From Alkanindiges sp. WGS2144 (GTDB lineage Bacteria > Pseudomonadota > Gammaproteobacteria > Pseudomonadales > Moraxellaceae), in the NCBI RefSeq assembly GCF_043950625.1, contig NZ_CP171007.1: DNA of 32,000 bases; one strand, given 5' to 3'. Positions 7,260 to 16,596 of the stretch are shown here, piece after piece (position 1 is the stretch's first letter; every line of letters begins with the position of its first letter). The notes beneath the pieces are model-generated. The model worked only from the letters and a program-made list of their open reading frames with translations. It had not been told where the DNA came from and did no database searches. Both the position numbers and the translations under genes were made by a program.

Positions 7260-8477
7260 TCAACCTTTAACACACAATACCTGTTTTAGGGTGTGCACTA
7301 CTTCTATCAAATCAGTCTGGTTAGCCATCACTTGATCAATATCCTTGTAAGCAGCTGGAATTTCATCCACTACCCCGGCATCCTTACGGCACTCAATGCC
7401 TTGTGTTTGTGCTGTTAAGTCTTCACTGTTAAACAAACGCTTGGCTTTACTACGGCTCATCCTGCGTCCTGCACCGTGTGAACAGGAGCAAAAAGATTCT
7501 GGATTACCTTTGCCTTTTACAATATAAGACTTGGTTCCCATAGAACCTGGAATAATGCCTAGTTCGTCTTGACCAGCCCGAATGGCTCCCTTACGGGTGA
7601 CGAATACATTCTCACCAAAATGTTGTTCCTGTTGCACATAGTTGTGATGGCAGTTTACTGCTTCTTTGGCGAGTTGAAACGGGGGTAAGTGGGGGCGAAT
7701 TGCTTCCAGAATCAGGCGCATCATTTCACGGCGGTTTTCAAATGCATAGTCCTGCGCCCAGTGTACTGCTTCAACATAATCATCAAAGCTGGCTGAACCA
7801 TCGGCAAAATAAGACAGATCTTTGTCGGGCACATGACCAAAACGATGTTGAGCTTCTTTTTTTGCCAGATTAATAAAATAAGTCCCAATACAATTGCCAA
7901 GCCCACGGCTACCGGAGTGTAGCATCACCCACACCTGATTCTGCTCATCCACGCAAAGCTCAATAAAATGATTACCACCACCCAGCGTGCCAAGTTGCTT
8001 CTGCCAGGTCTGGTCAAAATTCCTGAGCATACGCTTTAGGCCGGGATGCTTGTCAGTAATCACTTTTAAGCGTTTTTCCAGTGGGCTTAAAGTAGATGCT
8101 TTGGCTTTAACCTGTTGGTGTAGGGCAAACCCAACCGGTACTTTGCGCTCAATATCACCACGGATTTTTTGCAGATTATCGGGTAGCTGGCTGGCATTTA
8201 GCGACAGCCGCACTGCATTCATGCCACAACCAATGTCTACACCGACAGCCGCAGGAATAATGGCGCCTTTAGTCGGAATCACACTCCCTACAGTGGCACC
8301 AATACCTAAGTGTACGTCGGGCATTACTGCTACATGAGAATGGATAAATTGCAACTCGGCTATTTTTTGTAGCTGGGCAATGGCATCACTTTCAATATCC
8401 CGGGTAAAGATTTTAATGGGAACGCCGTACCCGGAACCGGCATTCAGGGTCATTTGTATGGCCATAATGTTGTCCAT
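7260..8477 (-). CDS. rtcB: RNA-splicing ligase RtcB (3'-phosphate/5'-hydroxy RNA ligase)
   Basis: VAVMPDVHLGIGATVGSVIPTKGAIIPAAVGVDIGCGMNA, GGGNHFIE, HSGSRGLG, NCHHNY and SCSHGAGR match the RtcB metal/GTP-binding signature blocks. The start could be 8477 or the ATG at 8465; neither has a clear SD. Confidence 0.93.
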   Translation of the reverse strand: MDNIMAIQMTLNAGSGYGVPIKIFTRDIESDAIAQLQKIAELQFIHSHVAVMPDVHLGIGATVGSVIPTKGAIIPAAVGVDIGCGMNAVRLSLNASQLPDNLQKIRGDIERKVPVGFALHQQVKAKASTLSPLEKRLKVITDKHPGLKRMLRNFDQTWQKQLGTLGGGNHFIELCVDEQNQVWVMLHSGSRGLGNCIGTYFINLAKKEAQHRFGHVPDKDLSYFADGSASFDDYVEAVHWAQDYAFENRREMMRLILEAIRPHLPPFQLAKEAVNCHHNYVQQEQHFGENVFVTRKGAIRAGQDELGIIPGSMGTKSYIVKGKGNPESFCSCSHGAGRRMSRSKAKRLFNSEDLTAQTQGIECRKDAGVVDEIPAAYKDIDQVMANQTDLIEVVHTLKQVLCVKG

Positions 8478-8560
8478 GTTTGGTCAATTATTTACAATAA
8501 GTATCATCAGGGCACGGCATTGTCATTGCACGCAGGCATGTGGGCAGTTTGCTTGGATTA

Positions 8561-8586
8561 TAAAAAGCCCAGCGAATGCTGGGCTT
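8561..8586 (-). terminator. Rho-independent terminator on the minus strand, ~85 nt upstream of the rtcB start codon
   Basis: Minus-strand reading: aagcccagc-attc-gctgggctt followed by TTTTTA. This is a 9-bp GC-rich stem (forward 8565-8573 / 8578-8586). Confidence 0.75.
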
Positions 8587-8817
8587 TGGGCTTGTGCATT
8601 CGGATACTTACTATTGAGGTCTGGCAAGCATCCGCAGGATTGGAGTACTTGCTAAACGTTCAGGTTATGGTGGAATGTAGGGTTTAGCACAGCATCCTCC
8701 TGTTTATATTGTTAAAAGTTGAACGGAAAAGGAATGTGGTTTCATATGAGAGTAGCTTGACTTAAGGCCTTTGGCATCAATGCTATTGCTCAAAAAGTAA
8801 TCTGCTGCATATGAAGG
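8561..8817 (-). ncRNA. Candidate ~255-nt non-coding transcript (sRNA) or attenuating leader of rtcB
   Basis: It is bounded by a promoter with a perfect -10 (8824-8851) and an intrinsic terminator (8561-8586). It contains only tiny ORFs (3-13 codons), a second hairpin cggatgctt/aagtatccg (8601-8634) just before the terminator, and two tandem ~60-nt imperfect repeats. I recognise no match to a known RNA family. Confidence 0.35.
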
Positions 8818-8823
8818 CTGGCT

Positions 8824-8851
8824 ATTATAAATAGAAGCCAACTAAATGCAA
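8824..8851 (-). promoter_or_regulatory. Sigma70-type promoter TTGCAT-16-TATAAT on the minus strand, in the lysP-rtcB intergenic region
   Basis: Minus strand reads ggcTTGCATttagttggcttctattTATAATagc. The -35 is at forward 8846-8851 and the -10 at 8824-8829, with a 16-nt spacer. It lies ~80 nt downstream of the lysP stop. Confidence 0.55.
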
Positions 8852-8928
8852 GCCTACTGCTAGGTACTGAACCTAAAGGTTAAATGGCGCCAAAATGTAA
8901 TTATACAAGTGATGCATGTGCTTATTGC

Positions 8929-10398
8929 TTAGTTTCCGCGATAAGGGCGTACATCCATGTCCTGATATTTTACCAGACGGGTTTTATGCTTGAGTTTATA
9001 ACCCAGCCAGATTGCCAGAAAAATGGGAATACTGATATAGGCAGAGACAATTCCCTGCCAGTCAATATGTTCGCCAATAAAGGCCTGATAGTTTTGCCCA
9101 AGGGTAATGAATAGGCACAAAGCAAAGGCAAATAGAGGGCCAAACGGGAAAAACTTGGCACGATAGGGCAGGTCGGTCAATGTATAACCCTGTGCAAGGT
9201 AGCCTTTTCTAAAACGGTAGTGGGCAATCGCAATACCCAGCCAGACAATAAAACCGCACATGCCCGAAGTGTTAAGTAGCCACACATACACTTGCTTATC
9301 ACCAATAAAGGTGGTTAAAAAGCATAGCGCACCAATTAAAGTGGTTGCAATCAGGGCGTTACGCGGTACACCGTTTTTGCTTAATTGGGCAAAGACTTTT
9401 GGCGCATTGCCTTCTTGTGCCAGGTTATACAGCATCCGTGTTGAGGCATACATGCCTGAGTTACCAGCAGACAAAATAGCCGTTAAAATCACTGCATTCA
9501 TGACGCTGGCAGCAAAGGCAAATCCGGCACGCTCAAATAGTAAGGTAAATGGCGAGAGCGAAATATCATTGTTGCTGGCGGCTTGTAGCAGGCGCGGGTC
9601 ATCATAGGGAATCAGTGTGCCAATCACAAAAATCGCCAGAATATAAAACATCAAAATCCGCCAGAACAGCTGCTTAATGGCAACGGGTATGGTCTTTTTG
9701 GGGTTTTCAGACTCTCCGGCTGCCACGCCAATCAGCTCAGTGCCCTGAAAGGAAAAACCGGCAATCATGGCGACACCAATCATGGCTTGCAGGCCGCCGA
9801 CAAAGGGCGCGTCGCCATGCGTCCAGTTGCTAAAGCCGGGTGATTGTATGCCGGACATAATACCAAAAATACTGGCCAGGCCAATGCCGATAAACACGAT
9901 TACGGCAACGACCTTCACCATGGAAAACCAGAATTCGCTTTCGCCAAAGCCTTTGACAGAAATGATATTCAGCAGGAACATGAGAACTAAGAATCCGCCA
10001 CTCCAGTAAATACCGTTCACATGCGGAAACCAGAAACTCATAATAATCTGGGCAGCGACCAGTTCGGCAGCAATAGTAACGGCCCAGTTGTACCAGAAGT
10101 TCCAGCCTAGCGCGAAGCCAAAACCTTCTTCCACATAGCGCTTGCCATAAGTGGAGAATGAGCCGGAAATGGGCTGATAGGCAGCCATTTCCCCCAGACT
10201 GGTCATTAAAAAGAACACCATTAGTCCAATGAGTGCATAGGCCAGCAAGGCGCCCGCTGGGCCTGCCGCAGCAATGGTGCTACCGGAGGCTAAAAACAAA
10301 CCAGTTCCAATTGAACCACCAATGGCAATCATATTGAGGTGGCGGGCTTTAAGCTTGCGCTGTAAATGCGGTGCTTCAGGGGAGTGGCTTGCCGTCAT
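8929..10398 (-). CDS. lysP: APC-family amino-acid permease, lysine-specific permease (LysP)-like
   Basis: The N-terminal LQRKLKARHLNMIAIGGSIGTGLFLASG...LIGLMVFFLMTSLGEMAAY.P.SGSF.TYG..YVEEGFGFALGWNFWYNWAVTIA is nearly collinear with my recollection of E. coli LysP. About 12 TM segments. Substrate specificity is inferred only. Confidence 0.8.
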   Translation of the reverse strand: MTASHSPEAPHLQRKLKARHLNMIAIGGSIGTGLFLASGSTIAAAGPAGALLAYALIGLMVFFLMTSLGEMAAYQPISGSFSTYGKRYVEEGFGFALGWNFWYNWAVTIAAELVAAQIIMSFWFPHVNGIYWSGGFLVLMFLLNIISVKGFGESEFWFSMVKVVAVIVFIGIGLASIFGIMSGIQSPGFSNWTHGDAPFVGGLQAMIGVAMIAGFSFQGTELIGVAAGESENPKKTIPVAIKQLFWRILMFYILAIFVIGTLIPYDDPRLLQAASNNDISLSPFTLLFERAGFAFAASVMNAVILTAILSAGNSGMYASTRMLYNLAQEGNAPKVFAQLSKNGVPRNALIATTLIGALCFLTTFIGDKQVYVWLLNTSGMCGFIVWLGIAIAHYRFRKGYLAQGYTLTDLPYRAKFFPFGPLFAFALCLFITLGQNYQAFIGEHIDWQGIVSAYISIPIFLAIWLGYKLKHKTRLVKYQDMDVRPYRGN

Positions 10399-10482
10399 AA
10401 AGTATGAGTTCCAAAAAAATTAGGCCATGGAGCATAACGGTCTATGAATCTAGTCTTGACGCATGAGCAATGGTCAACACGC

Positions 10483-11520
10483 CTAAGAGCGTCTGGCCTG
10501 ATACACATGAAAACCATGGCGCTGTGCAAGGCTGTGGCAATGGTCAAATTGCCGTTCAATCAGAGGCGGATATTTCAAAAAGCTATTGGCAACAATACGT
10601 AGTTCGCCACTGGTCTTTAGGTGAGCATGGCTATGCTGCAATAAATCTTCGCTGGCCTGGTAATGGGTATGAATACCCTGGTGAAAGGGTGGATTGCTAA
10701 TAATCGCTGCCAGCTGCTGAGGTGCATCGGCTATGCCACGGCCAGCAATCAGTTGAACACTATCATCCAGTGCAATCTGATTGGCTTGTAAAGTCAGGCG
10801 GGTAGATTCCAGTGCAAAGGCGTCCACGTCCAGAAAATGTACGGTTTGTGCCGGATATTTTTTCTTTAAAATAGTGCCTATTAGTCCCGCACCGCAGCCA
10901 AAATCCAGTAAATCACCAGTAGGCAAGCCATCTAGATGTTCAATAAGCAGGGCACTACCCTGATCCAGCCTGCCATGGCTAAATACACCTGGTAGGCTAA
11001 TGACGTGAATACTCTGGGTATGCTGGGCAAAACTGACCTGATACTGGTTAGTCCAGTCGTTTAATGCTCTGGTTGCAGGTTTTTGCACCTGGCTACATTG
11101 CCAGAGCTGACAATGTCGGGCGCTATCGAGTTTGATGGTTTTACCAAATTGTTGCAGCTGCTTAGCGGCGCGTTCAATGCCAGCACGTTTTTCGCCTACC
11201 AGAAAAATCTGACCATTTGGTTCTAAGTGAGAAGCAGCCTGGTGCAGCAGATAGTTAGTGAGCTCTTTTGATTTAGGTAAAAAAATGATGACCTGCCGGA
11301 GGTGCTGCGCTGGCGGTGTAATACCAAAATGACACTGTGCGGGATGACGTGCCAGCAATTGTTGATAGTCATCAAACAGCCATGTCCACGCCTGCACAGA
11401 GGTGACCGATTCACTTTGCTGCAACTGGTTCATCAGGTTGTCTGCGGCGCAACCAACCAGCAATACTGAGCCTTGAATATAGTCAGTCTGACGAAGTACA
11501 ACTTCACTACGGGGATCCAT
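10483..11520 (-). CDS. rsmC: 16S rRNA (guanine1207-N2)-methyltransferase RsmC-like
   Basis: The two-domain ~345-aa size, the SAM-binding DFGCGAGLIG and the catalytic NPPFHQG motif fit the RsmC/RsmD class. The RsmC versus RlmG assignment rests on length and memory. Confidence 0.75.
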   Translation of the reverse strand: MDPRSEVVLRQTDYIQGSVLLVGCAADNLMNQLQQSESVTSVQAWTWLFDDYQQLLARHPAQCHFGITPPAQHLRQVIIFLPKSKELTNYLLHQAASHLEPNGQIFLVGEKRAGIERAAKQLQQFGKTIKLDSARHCQLWQCSQVQKPATRALNDWTNQYQVSFAQHTQSIHVISLPGVFSHGRLDQGSALLIEHLDGLPTGDLLDFGCGAGLIGTILKKKYPAQTVHFLDVDAFALESTRLTLQANQIALDDSVQLIAGRGIADAPQQLAAIISNPPFHQGIHTHYQASEDLLQHSHAHLKTSGELRIVANSFLKYPPLIERQFDHCHSLAQRHGFHVYQARRS

Positions 11521-11535
11521 GGCTTTACCTTAATA

Positions 11536-11578
11536 AAAATATAGCAGGGCAGGTACAAGCTTAAAACTGTCCTGCTGA
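11536..11578 (-). terminator. Probable terminator of the nucleobase permease gene
   Basis: Minus strand reads agcaggacag-(13-nt loop)-cctgccctgct followed by atattttta. The stem is 10 bp including one G-U pair, and the T tail is interrupted. Confidence 0.45.
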
Positions 11579-11694
11579 TGAAAAGGCGACAATTTTAGCA
11601 GATTGCCTTAACATGGCAGCAAAATTTGCCAGCTACTTTCAGCAATACCTTCCCTCCATACAAGTATGCTTGCCAGAGGGTTTTTTGCGGGAGC

Positions 11695-13089
11695 TTATTT
11701 ATTCAGGGGTTTAAGCGGGTTTTCAGGTAAAAATAAATTCAGCACAACCGCTGCAATGCCACCTGTTGCTACGCCTGAGCTAAAAATATCCTTTAAAAAT
11801 TCCGGCCAGTGGAGCAGGAACTCTGGCACTTGCGAAAAGCCCAGCCCCAGTGCCAGCGACACTGCAATAATCAGTAGGGCTCGCCGATCCAGATGCAGGC
11901 TGGCTAAAATATTAATGCCAGATGCTGCTACAGCACCAAACATCACCATGGCTGCACCACCAAGTACCGGCTCCGGGATGGCCTGAAAAAAACCGGCTAC
12001 ATAAGGAAACAGCCCCAGTAATACTAAAATGAGTGCAATCCACATTCCGACATAGCGACTGGCCACGCCGGTAAGCTGAATAATGCCGTTATTCTGGGCA
12101 AATACCGAGCTTGGAAAGGTATTAAAAATTCCGGCCAGAAGGGAGTTGGCACCGTTAACCAGTACGCCACCCTTGATCCGTTTCATCCATACAGGCCCTT
12201 CTACTGGCTGTCGGGAGAGCTGGCTGGTTGCAGTAATATCGCCAATAGCTTCCAGAGAGGTCACGGCGTAAATCACCAGCATGGGAATAAATAGCGCCCA
12301 GGAAAATCCAATGCCAAAATGCATGGGAACCGGCACCTGAAATATCTCGGCCTGTTGCAAACCAGAAAAATCCAGCCGTCCCAGCGCTGCGGCTAGCGCA
12401 TAACCAATGATCAGCGCCAGCACCAGCGCCATGCTTTTGACCCACATGACCGGTACTCGATTTAAAATAATAATCAATGCCAATACGGTGCAGGACAGCA
12501 GCAAATTTTGACCACTGGCAAAAGTACCATTGTGCATGGCAGTGATGCCGCCGCCCATACTGATCAAGCCTACCTTGATTAAAGTCAGGCCAATCAAAAG
12601 CACCACAATGCCGGTAACCAGCGGCGTAATGAGGCGGCGAATCCACGGCAAAATCCGCGAAATGCCTATTTCCACAAATGACCCGGCCATGACTACCCCA
12701 AAAATGGCCGCCAGTACCGCTTCAACTGGTGTACCATTTGCCACCATCGCACTGCCGACCGCAATAATAGGGCCGACAAAATTAAAGCTAGTGCCTTGCA
12801 CAATGAGCATGCCAGCGCCAAACGGGCCAATTTTTTTACATTGTACAAAAGTGGCAATGCCTGAAATCAGCAGAGACATGGACACAATCAGGTTGGTATC
12901 ATGTGCTGATACACTAAGCGCATTACAAATCAACAAGCCTGGTGTCACAATAGGAACAATAACAGCCAGCAGATGTTGTAGCGCTGCCAGAAAGGCAAGC
13001 CAGGGTTTTGGCCGGTCATTTAAACCATATATTAAATCAGAAGGCGGCAAGGCCGAAGAAGCATTCTCAGCAGGCTGGGGAGCAGTCAT
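11695..13089 (-). CDS. NCS2-family nucleobase:cation symporter (xanthine/uracil permease)
   Basis: 464 aa with ~13 hydrophobic segments. LNDRPKPW...ALQHLLAVIVPIVTPGLLI and QGTSFNF resemble XanQ/XanP-type permeases. The exact substrate cannot be determined by eye. Confidence 0.85.
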   Translation of the reverse strand: MTAPQPAENASSALPPSDLIYGLNDRPKPWLAFLAALQHLLAVIVPIVTPGLLICNALSVSAHDTNLIVSMSLLISGIATFVQCKKIGPFGAGMLIVQGTSFNFVGPIIAVGSAMVANGTPVEAVLAAIFGVVMAGSFVEIGISRILPWIRRLITPLVTGIVVLLIGLTLIKVGLISMGGGITAMHNGTFASGQNLLLSCTVLALIIILNRVPVMWVKSMALVLALIIGYALAAALGRLDFSGLQQAEIFQVPVPMHFGIGFSWALFIPMLVIYAVTSLEAIGDITATSQLSRQPVEGPVWMKRIKGGVLVNGANSLLAGIFNTFPSSVFAQNNGIIQLTGVASRYVGMWIALILVLLGLFPYVAGFFQAIPEPVLGGAAMVMFGAVAASGINILASLHLDRRALLIIAVSLALGLGFSQVPEFLLHWPEFLKDIFSSGVATGGIAAVVLNLFLPENPLKPLNK

Positions 13090-13290
13090 AACGGATAGCG
13101 GTGTTTAAAAAACAGGACAGGAAAAAGAGGCGTATTGTAAGCAAAACCAGGGTAAAGTGGATAACTTGTGAGCAAAAATAATTGTGTTTTGTTATCGGTC
13201 GGGTGAGGTATATTCTATAAAGACTGTGTTGCTGGTTACAAAGCAGCTCACTGCATAACATTAAAAAAATCAGATTTGCAAGTCATTTTC

Positions 13291-13299
13291 TGCTATAAT
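13291..13299 (+). promoter_or_regulatory. Candidate extended -10 promoter (TGcTATAAT) for typA
   Basis: tgcTATAAT at 13291-13299, ~95 nt upstream of the typA ATG. The nearby TTGCAA (13276-13281) is only 12 nt away, so the element is best read as an extended -10. Confidence 0.4.
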
Positions 13300-13393
13300 C
13301 TCGCGTCCAAATTTTTAGTTACTTGCATTCGGGTGAGTGCGGGTAAAATCAATCGTGTACAGCCTGTTTGTACCCATATCCGGATTTAATTGA

Positions 13394-15250
13394 ATGACAT
13401 CTAATGTAAGTAATTCATCGGTAAAAGATTTACGCAATATTGCCATTATTGCGCACGTTGACCATGGTAAAACCACACTGGTTGACAAGCTGTTGCAGCA
13501 ATCCGGTGCGCTGGGTGACCGTGCAGGTGAAATTGAGCGGGTAATGGATTCTAACGTACTGGAAAGTGAGCGTGGTATTACCATTTTGGCAAAAAACACT
13601 GCGATTCGCTGGACTGACAAACGTAATGGTCAGGAATACCGTATTAATATTGTGGATACCCCGGGGCACGCTGACTTTGGTGGTGAAGTGGAGCGCGTCA
13701 TGTCCATGGTGGACTGTGTGCTGCTGCTGGTTGATTCACAAGATGGCCCGATGCCGCAAACCCGCTTTGTAACCCAAAAAGCCTTTGCCCGTGGTTTGAA
13801 GCCTATTGTCATTTTAAACAAAATTGACCGTCCGGGCGCGCGTCCTGACTGGGTGATGGATCAGGTATTTGACCTGTTTGATAATCTAGGTGCCAGCGAT
13901 GAGCAGCTGGACTTCCCGGTGGTATACGCCTCTGGCTTAAATGGTATTGCTGGTCGTGATCCATCTGAAATGGCATCCGACATGACTCCGCTGTTTGAAA
14001 CCATTGTCGATATTGTTGAGCCACCTAACGTGGATGCTGACGGCCCTTTCCAGATGCAGATCTCTAGCCTGGACTACAACAGCTTTGTGGGCGTTATTGG
14101 TGTAGGGCGTATTCAGCGCGGTTCGGTTAAAACCAATACTCCAGTGGTCGTGGTTGATAAAGAAGGCAACAAGCGTAACGCCCGTATTTTACAGATTATG
14201 GGTTATCACGGCCTTGAGCGTCAGGAAGTGCCTCAGGCTTCTGCGGGCGATATCATTTGTATTACCGGTATTGATGCCTTAAATATTTCTGACACTATTT
14301 GCGACCCAAAGCATATCGAAGCTTTGCCGCCATTATCGGTTGATGAGCCGACGGTTTCCATGACTTTCCAGGTGAATAACTCGCCATTTGCGGGTCGTGA
14401 AGGCAAGTTTGTGACTTCGCGTAATATCCGTGAACGTCTGGATCGTGAACTGATTCATAACGTGGCCTTGCGCGTGGAAGATACTGATTCTCCTGACCGC
14501 TTTAAAGTATCTGGGCGTGGTGAGCTGCATTTGTCGGTGTTGATTGAGAACATGCGTCGTGAAGGCTTTGAGCTAGGTGTATCACGTCCTGAAGTGATCA
14601 TGAAAGAAATTGACGGCGTGATGCAGGAACCGTTTGAAAACGTGACTTTTGATGTGGAGGAGCAGCATCAGGGTAGCGTCATGGAGCAAATGGGCAACCG
14701 TCGTGGTGAGCTGACCAATATGGAAGTAGACGGCAAGGGTCGTATTCGTATTGAAGCCACTGTGCCTTCACGTGGCCTGATTGGTTTCCGCTCAGAGTTT
14801 ATGACCATGACTTCCGGCACAGGCATTATGACTTCCAGCTTCTCGCATTATGGCCCGGCCAAGGCGGGTACGGTTGCCAGTCGTCAAAATGGCGTGCTAA
14901 TTTCCATGGTGCAGGGAACCTGTCTGGCTTATGCGCTATTTAGCTTGCAGGAGCGTGGTCGTCTATTTGCCAAACCTCAGCTTGAAGTGTATGAAGGCAT
15001 GATTGTGGGTATTAACTCACGTGGTGATGACATGGTGGTTAACCCAACCAAGGCCAAACAGCTGACCAATATTCGTGCTAGTGGTTCAGATGAAGCACTG
15101 ATCCTAACGCCTGCGCTAGAATACTCGCTGGAACAGGCACTGGAATTTATTGAAGATGATGAGTTGGTTGAAGTCACGCCTAAATCAATTCGCCTGCGTA
15201 AAAAATACCTGACCGAGAACGAGCGTAAACGTGCCAGTCGGGGTAATTAA
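13394..15250 (+). CDS. typA: Translational GTPase TypA/BipA
   Basis: The G-domain motifs [14 protein letters not shown] and NKID, plus EF-G-like domains and the ~610-aa length, are characteristic of BipA. Confidence 0.95.
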   Translation: MTSNVSNSSVKDLRNIAIIAHVDHGKTTLVDKLLQQSGALGDRAGEIERVMDSNVLESERGITILAKNTAIRWTDKRNGQEYRINIVDTPGHADFGGEVERVMSMVDCVLLLVDSQDGPMPQTRFVTQKAFARGLKPIVILNKIDRPGARPDWVMDQVFDLFDNLGASDEQLDFPVVYASGLNGIAGRDPSEMASDMTPLFETIVDIVEPPNVDADGPFQMQISSLDYNSFVGVIGVGRIQRGSVKTNTPVVVVDKEGNKRNARILQIMGYHGLERQEVPQASAGDIICITGIDALNISDTICDPKHIEALPPLSVDEPTVSMTFQVNNSPFAGREGKFVTSRNIRERLDRELIHNVALRVEDTDSPDRFKVSGRGELHLSVLIENMRREGFELGVSRPEVIMKEIDGVMQEPFENVTFDVEEQHQGSVMEQMGNRRGELTNMEVDGKGRIRIEATVPSRGLIGFRSEFMTMTSGTGIMTSSFSHYGPAKAGTVASRQNGVLISMVQGTCLAYALFSLQERGRLFAKPQLEVYEGMIVGINSRGDDMVVNPTKAKQLTNIRASGSDEALILTPALEYSLEQALEFIEDDELVEVTPKSIRLRKKYLTENERKRASRGN

Positions 15251-15280
15251 TTGATGTAATTGGTCTTTTAGGGTTCACAG

Positions 15281-15317
15281 AAACCATCAGTCTGAATGCA
15301 GGCTGGTGGTTTTTTTG
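15281..15317 (+). terminator. Rho-independent terminator of typA
   Basis: aaaccatcag(15281-15290)/ctggtggttt(15303-15312), with one G-U pair, followed by a T-run. Confidence 0.8.
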
Positions 15318-15460
15318 TGTTGCAAAAATGTGTGACCCGTTCCTTTTTTTTAGCAAAATCACTAGAGTAAGGCCAATAACAGTAGTGCTGCTGTTTTAAA
15401 TTAAATAACATATTGTTATATGATAATTTCCTGTTGGAACAAGATGAACTGGAGTAATAA

Positions 15461-15910
15461 ATGAGTATTTTAAAAGAGTTTAAAGAGTTTGCCATTAAGG
15501 GCAATATGATTGATTTGGCAGTAGGGGTAATCATTGGCGGCGCGTTTAGCAAAATAATTGATTCACTGGTCAAAGATATTTTTATGCCGTTTATCTCTTG
15601 GATTATTGGTGGGGATGTTGACTTCTCACAATGGTATGTGGTGCTCGGCAAAAATCCCAACCATTTAGGTTCACTAGCAGAGCTACAGGCTGCCGGAATT
15701 AATGTGCTGACTTATGGTAATTTTTTAACTATCCTGATTAATTTCCTACTGCTGGCCTGGGTGGTGTTTATGATGGTGAAACTGATTAATCGCTTGCGTC
15801 GCCTGCATGAAACACCAGCTGCATCGGAAGAGCCTGCCTCTGATCCAGAAGACATCAAATTGTTGCGTGAAATCCGCGATGAACTTAAAAATAAAAACAC
15901 AACGCATTAA
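15461..15910 (+). CDS. mscL: Large-conductance mechanosensitive channel MscL
   Basis: [33 protein letters not shown]...DIFMP is the conserved MscL TM1 signature. The length (149 aa) and two TM segments fit. Confidence 0.95.
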   Translation: MSILKEFKEFAIKGNMIDLAVGVIIGGAFSKIIDSLVKDIFMPFISWIIGGDVDFSQWYVVLGKNPNHLGSLAELQAAGINVLTYGNFLTILINFLLLAWVVFMMVKLINRLRRLHETPAASEEPASDPEDIKLLREIRDELKNKNTTH

Positions 15911-15925
15911 GCCAATAAGGACATT

Positions 15926-15953
15926 AAAGCACGGCAATAGCTGTGCTTTTTTA
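15926..15953 (+). terminator. Rho-independent terminator of mscL
   Basis: aaagcac(15926-15932)/gtgcttt(15943-15949) followed by ttttat. Confidence 0.75.
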
Positions 15954-16054
15954 TTTTGGGGGATTAACGTACAAACGGGACTAAAAATACTTTTGCTTTA
16001 CTTTAGAGTAAACGCTCAGTAGCATCTTACAAAACTTAAACAATGTGAAATATT

Positions 16055-16531
16055 ATGGATGCGTTATTAAGTCCTGCGGTAGCCCTTGCGGTGCTGGCCG
16101 CTGGTATATTTTTAGTGACTGGGCTGCTGACAGGAATATGGAAGTACCAGGCCATTATGCAAAGCGACAAGGCACGTGCCCCTTATTATGTGGATATTGC
16201 CCATCGCTCTGCCTTGTTATATGCCAGTTCGGCGTTAATTTTGGCTGCATTGGCTTATTTTTCAGTATGGTCAGATGCGGTGAATTTTTATGCAGTGCTG
16301 GCCAATGTGATTTATTTTGCGCTGGCTATTGGTAGTTATGTACTGCATGGGCTGCTAAAAGATACCGATAACCAGTTTCGCCAGCCACATAAAATTGCCA
16401 AATGGACGTTGCCTTCCATTTTAATGCGCTTATTTATGTGGTCACTAATTCTTGCTGAGCTGGGTGGGACACTGGTATTGCTGGCTGGTGCATGGAAATA
16501 CCTGTGGCCTCTAACCATGGCAGCATTTTAA
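16055..16531 (+). CDS. Integral membrane protein of unknown function (about four TM helices, 158 aa)
   Basis: Four long hydrophobic segments are separated by short charged loops. The overlapping Cys-rich alternative frame (16045..16335) is rejected. I recognise no family. Confidence 0.6.
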   Translation: MDALLSPAVALAVLAAGIFLVTGLLTGIWKYQAIMQSDKARAPYYVDIAHRSALLYASSALILAALAYFSVWSDAVNFYAVLANVIYFALAIGSYVLHGLLKDTDNQFRQPHKIAKWTLPSILMRLFMWSLILAELGGTLVLLAGAWKYLWPLTMAAF

Positions 16532-16596
16532 AGAAAACTCCTAAATAACAGTGGTAAAAAGGAGCCAGATAAAGGTGGGATTAAACACAAAATAGG

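Noticed and set aside
8478-8928. Sigma54 (TGGCAC-N5-TTGC) promoter, Y-RNA/tRNA-like element, or protein-coding ORFs (8380..8655 +, 8454..8687 +, 8884..9114 +) in the lysP-rtcB spacer
   Set aside because: I found no -24/-12 match on the minus strand and no T-arm/GTTCRANYC-type stem-loop or Ro-binding helix. The plus-strand ORFs are antisense to rtcB or lysP, cross a terminator, lack RBSs and have implausible Cys/Trp-rich compositions.
12155-13108. Long ORFs 12530..13108 (+, 192 aa) and 12155..12646 (-, 163 aa) inside the NCS2 permease gene
   Set aside because: They are antisense or out-of-frame shadows of a confidently identified 464-aa transporter. Their compositions are low-complexity Pro/Thr/Arg-rich or Gly/His/Trp-rich, as expected from reading a hydrophobic-protein gene in the wrong frame.
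15268-15660. 130-aa minus-strand ORF spanning the typA-mscL spacer and the mscL 5' end
   Set aside because: It overlaps the strongly supported mscL gene in antisense and runs across the mscL promoter region. It has no RBS, and its Ser/Ile/Asn-rich composition reflects AT-rich DNA.
16045-16335. 96-aa Cys-rich ORF overlapping the 4-TM protein gene in another frame
   Set aside because: The +1 alternative (16055..16531) is longer and gives four regular TM helices with charged loops. The Cys/Gly-rich frame is a frame-shadow.
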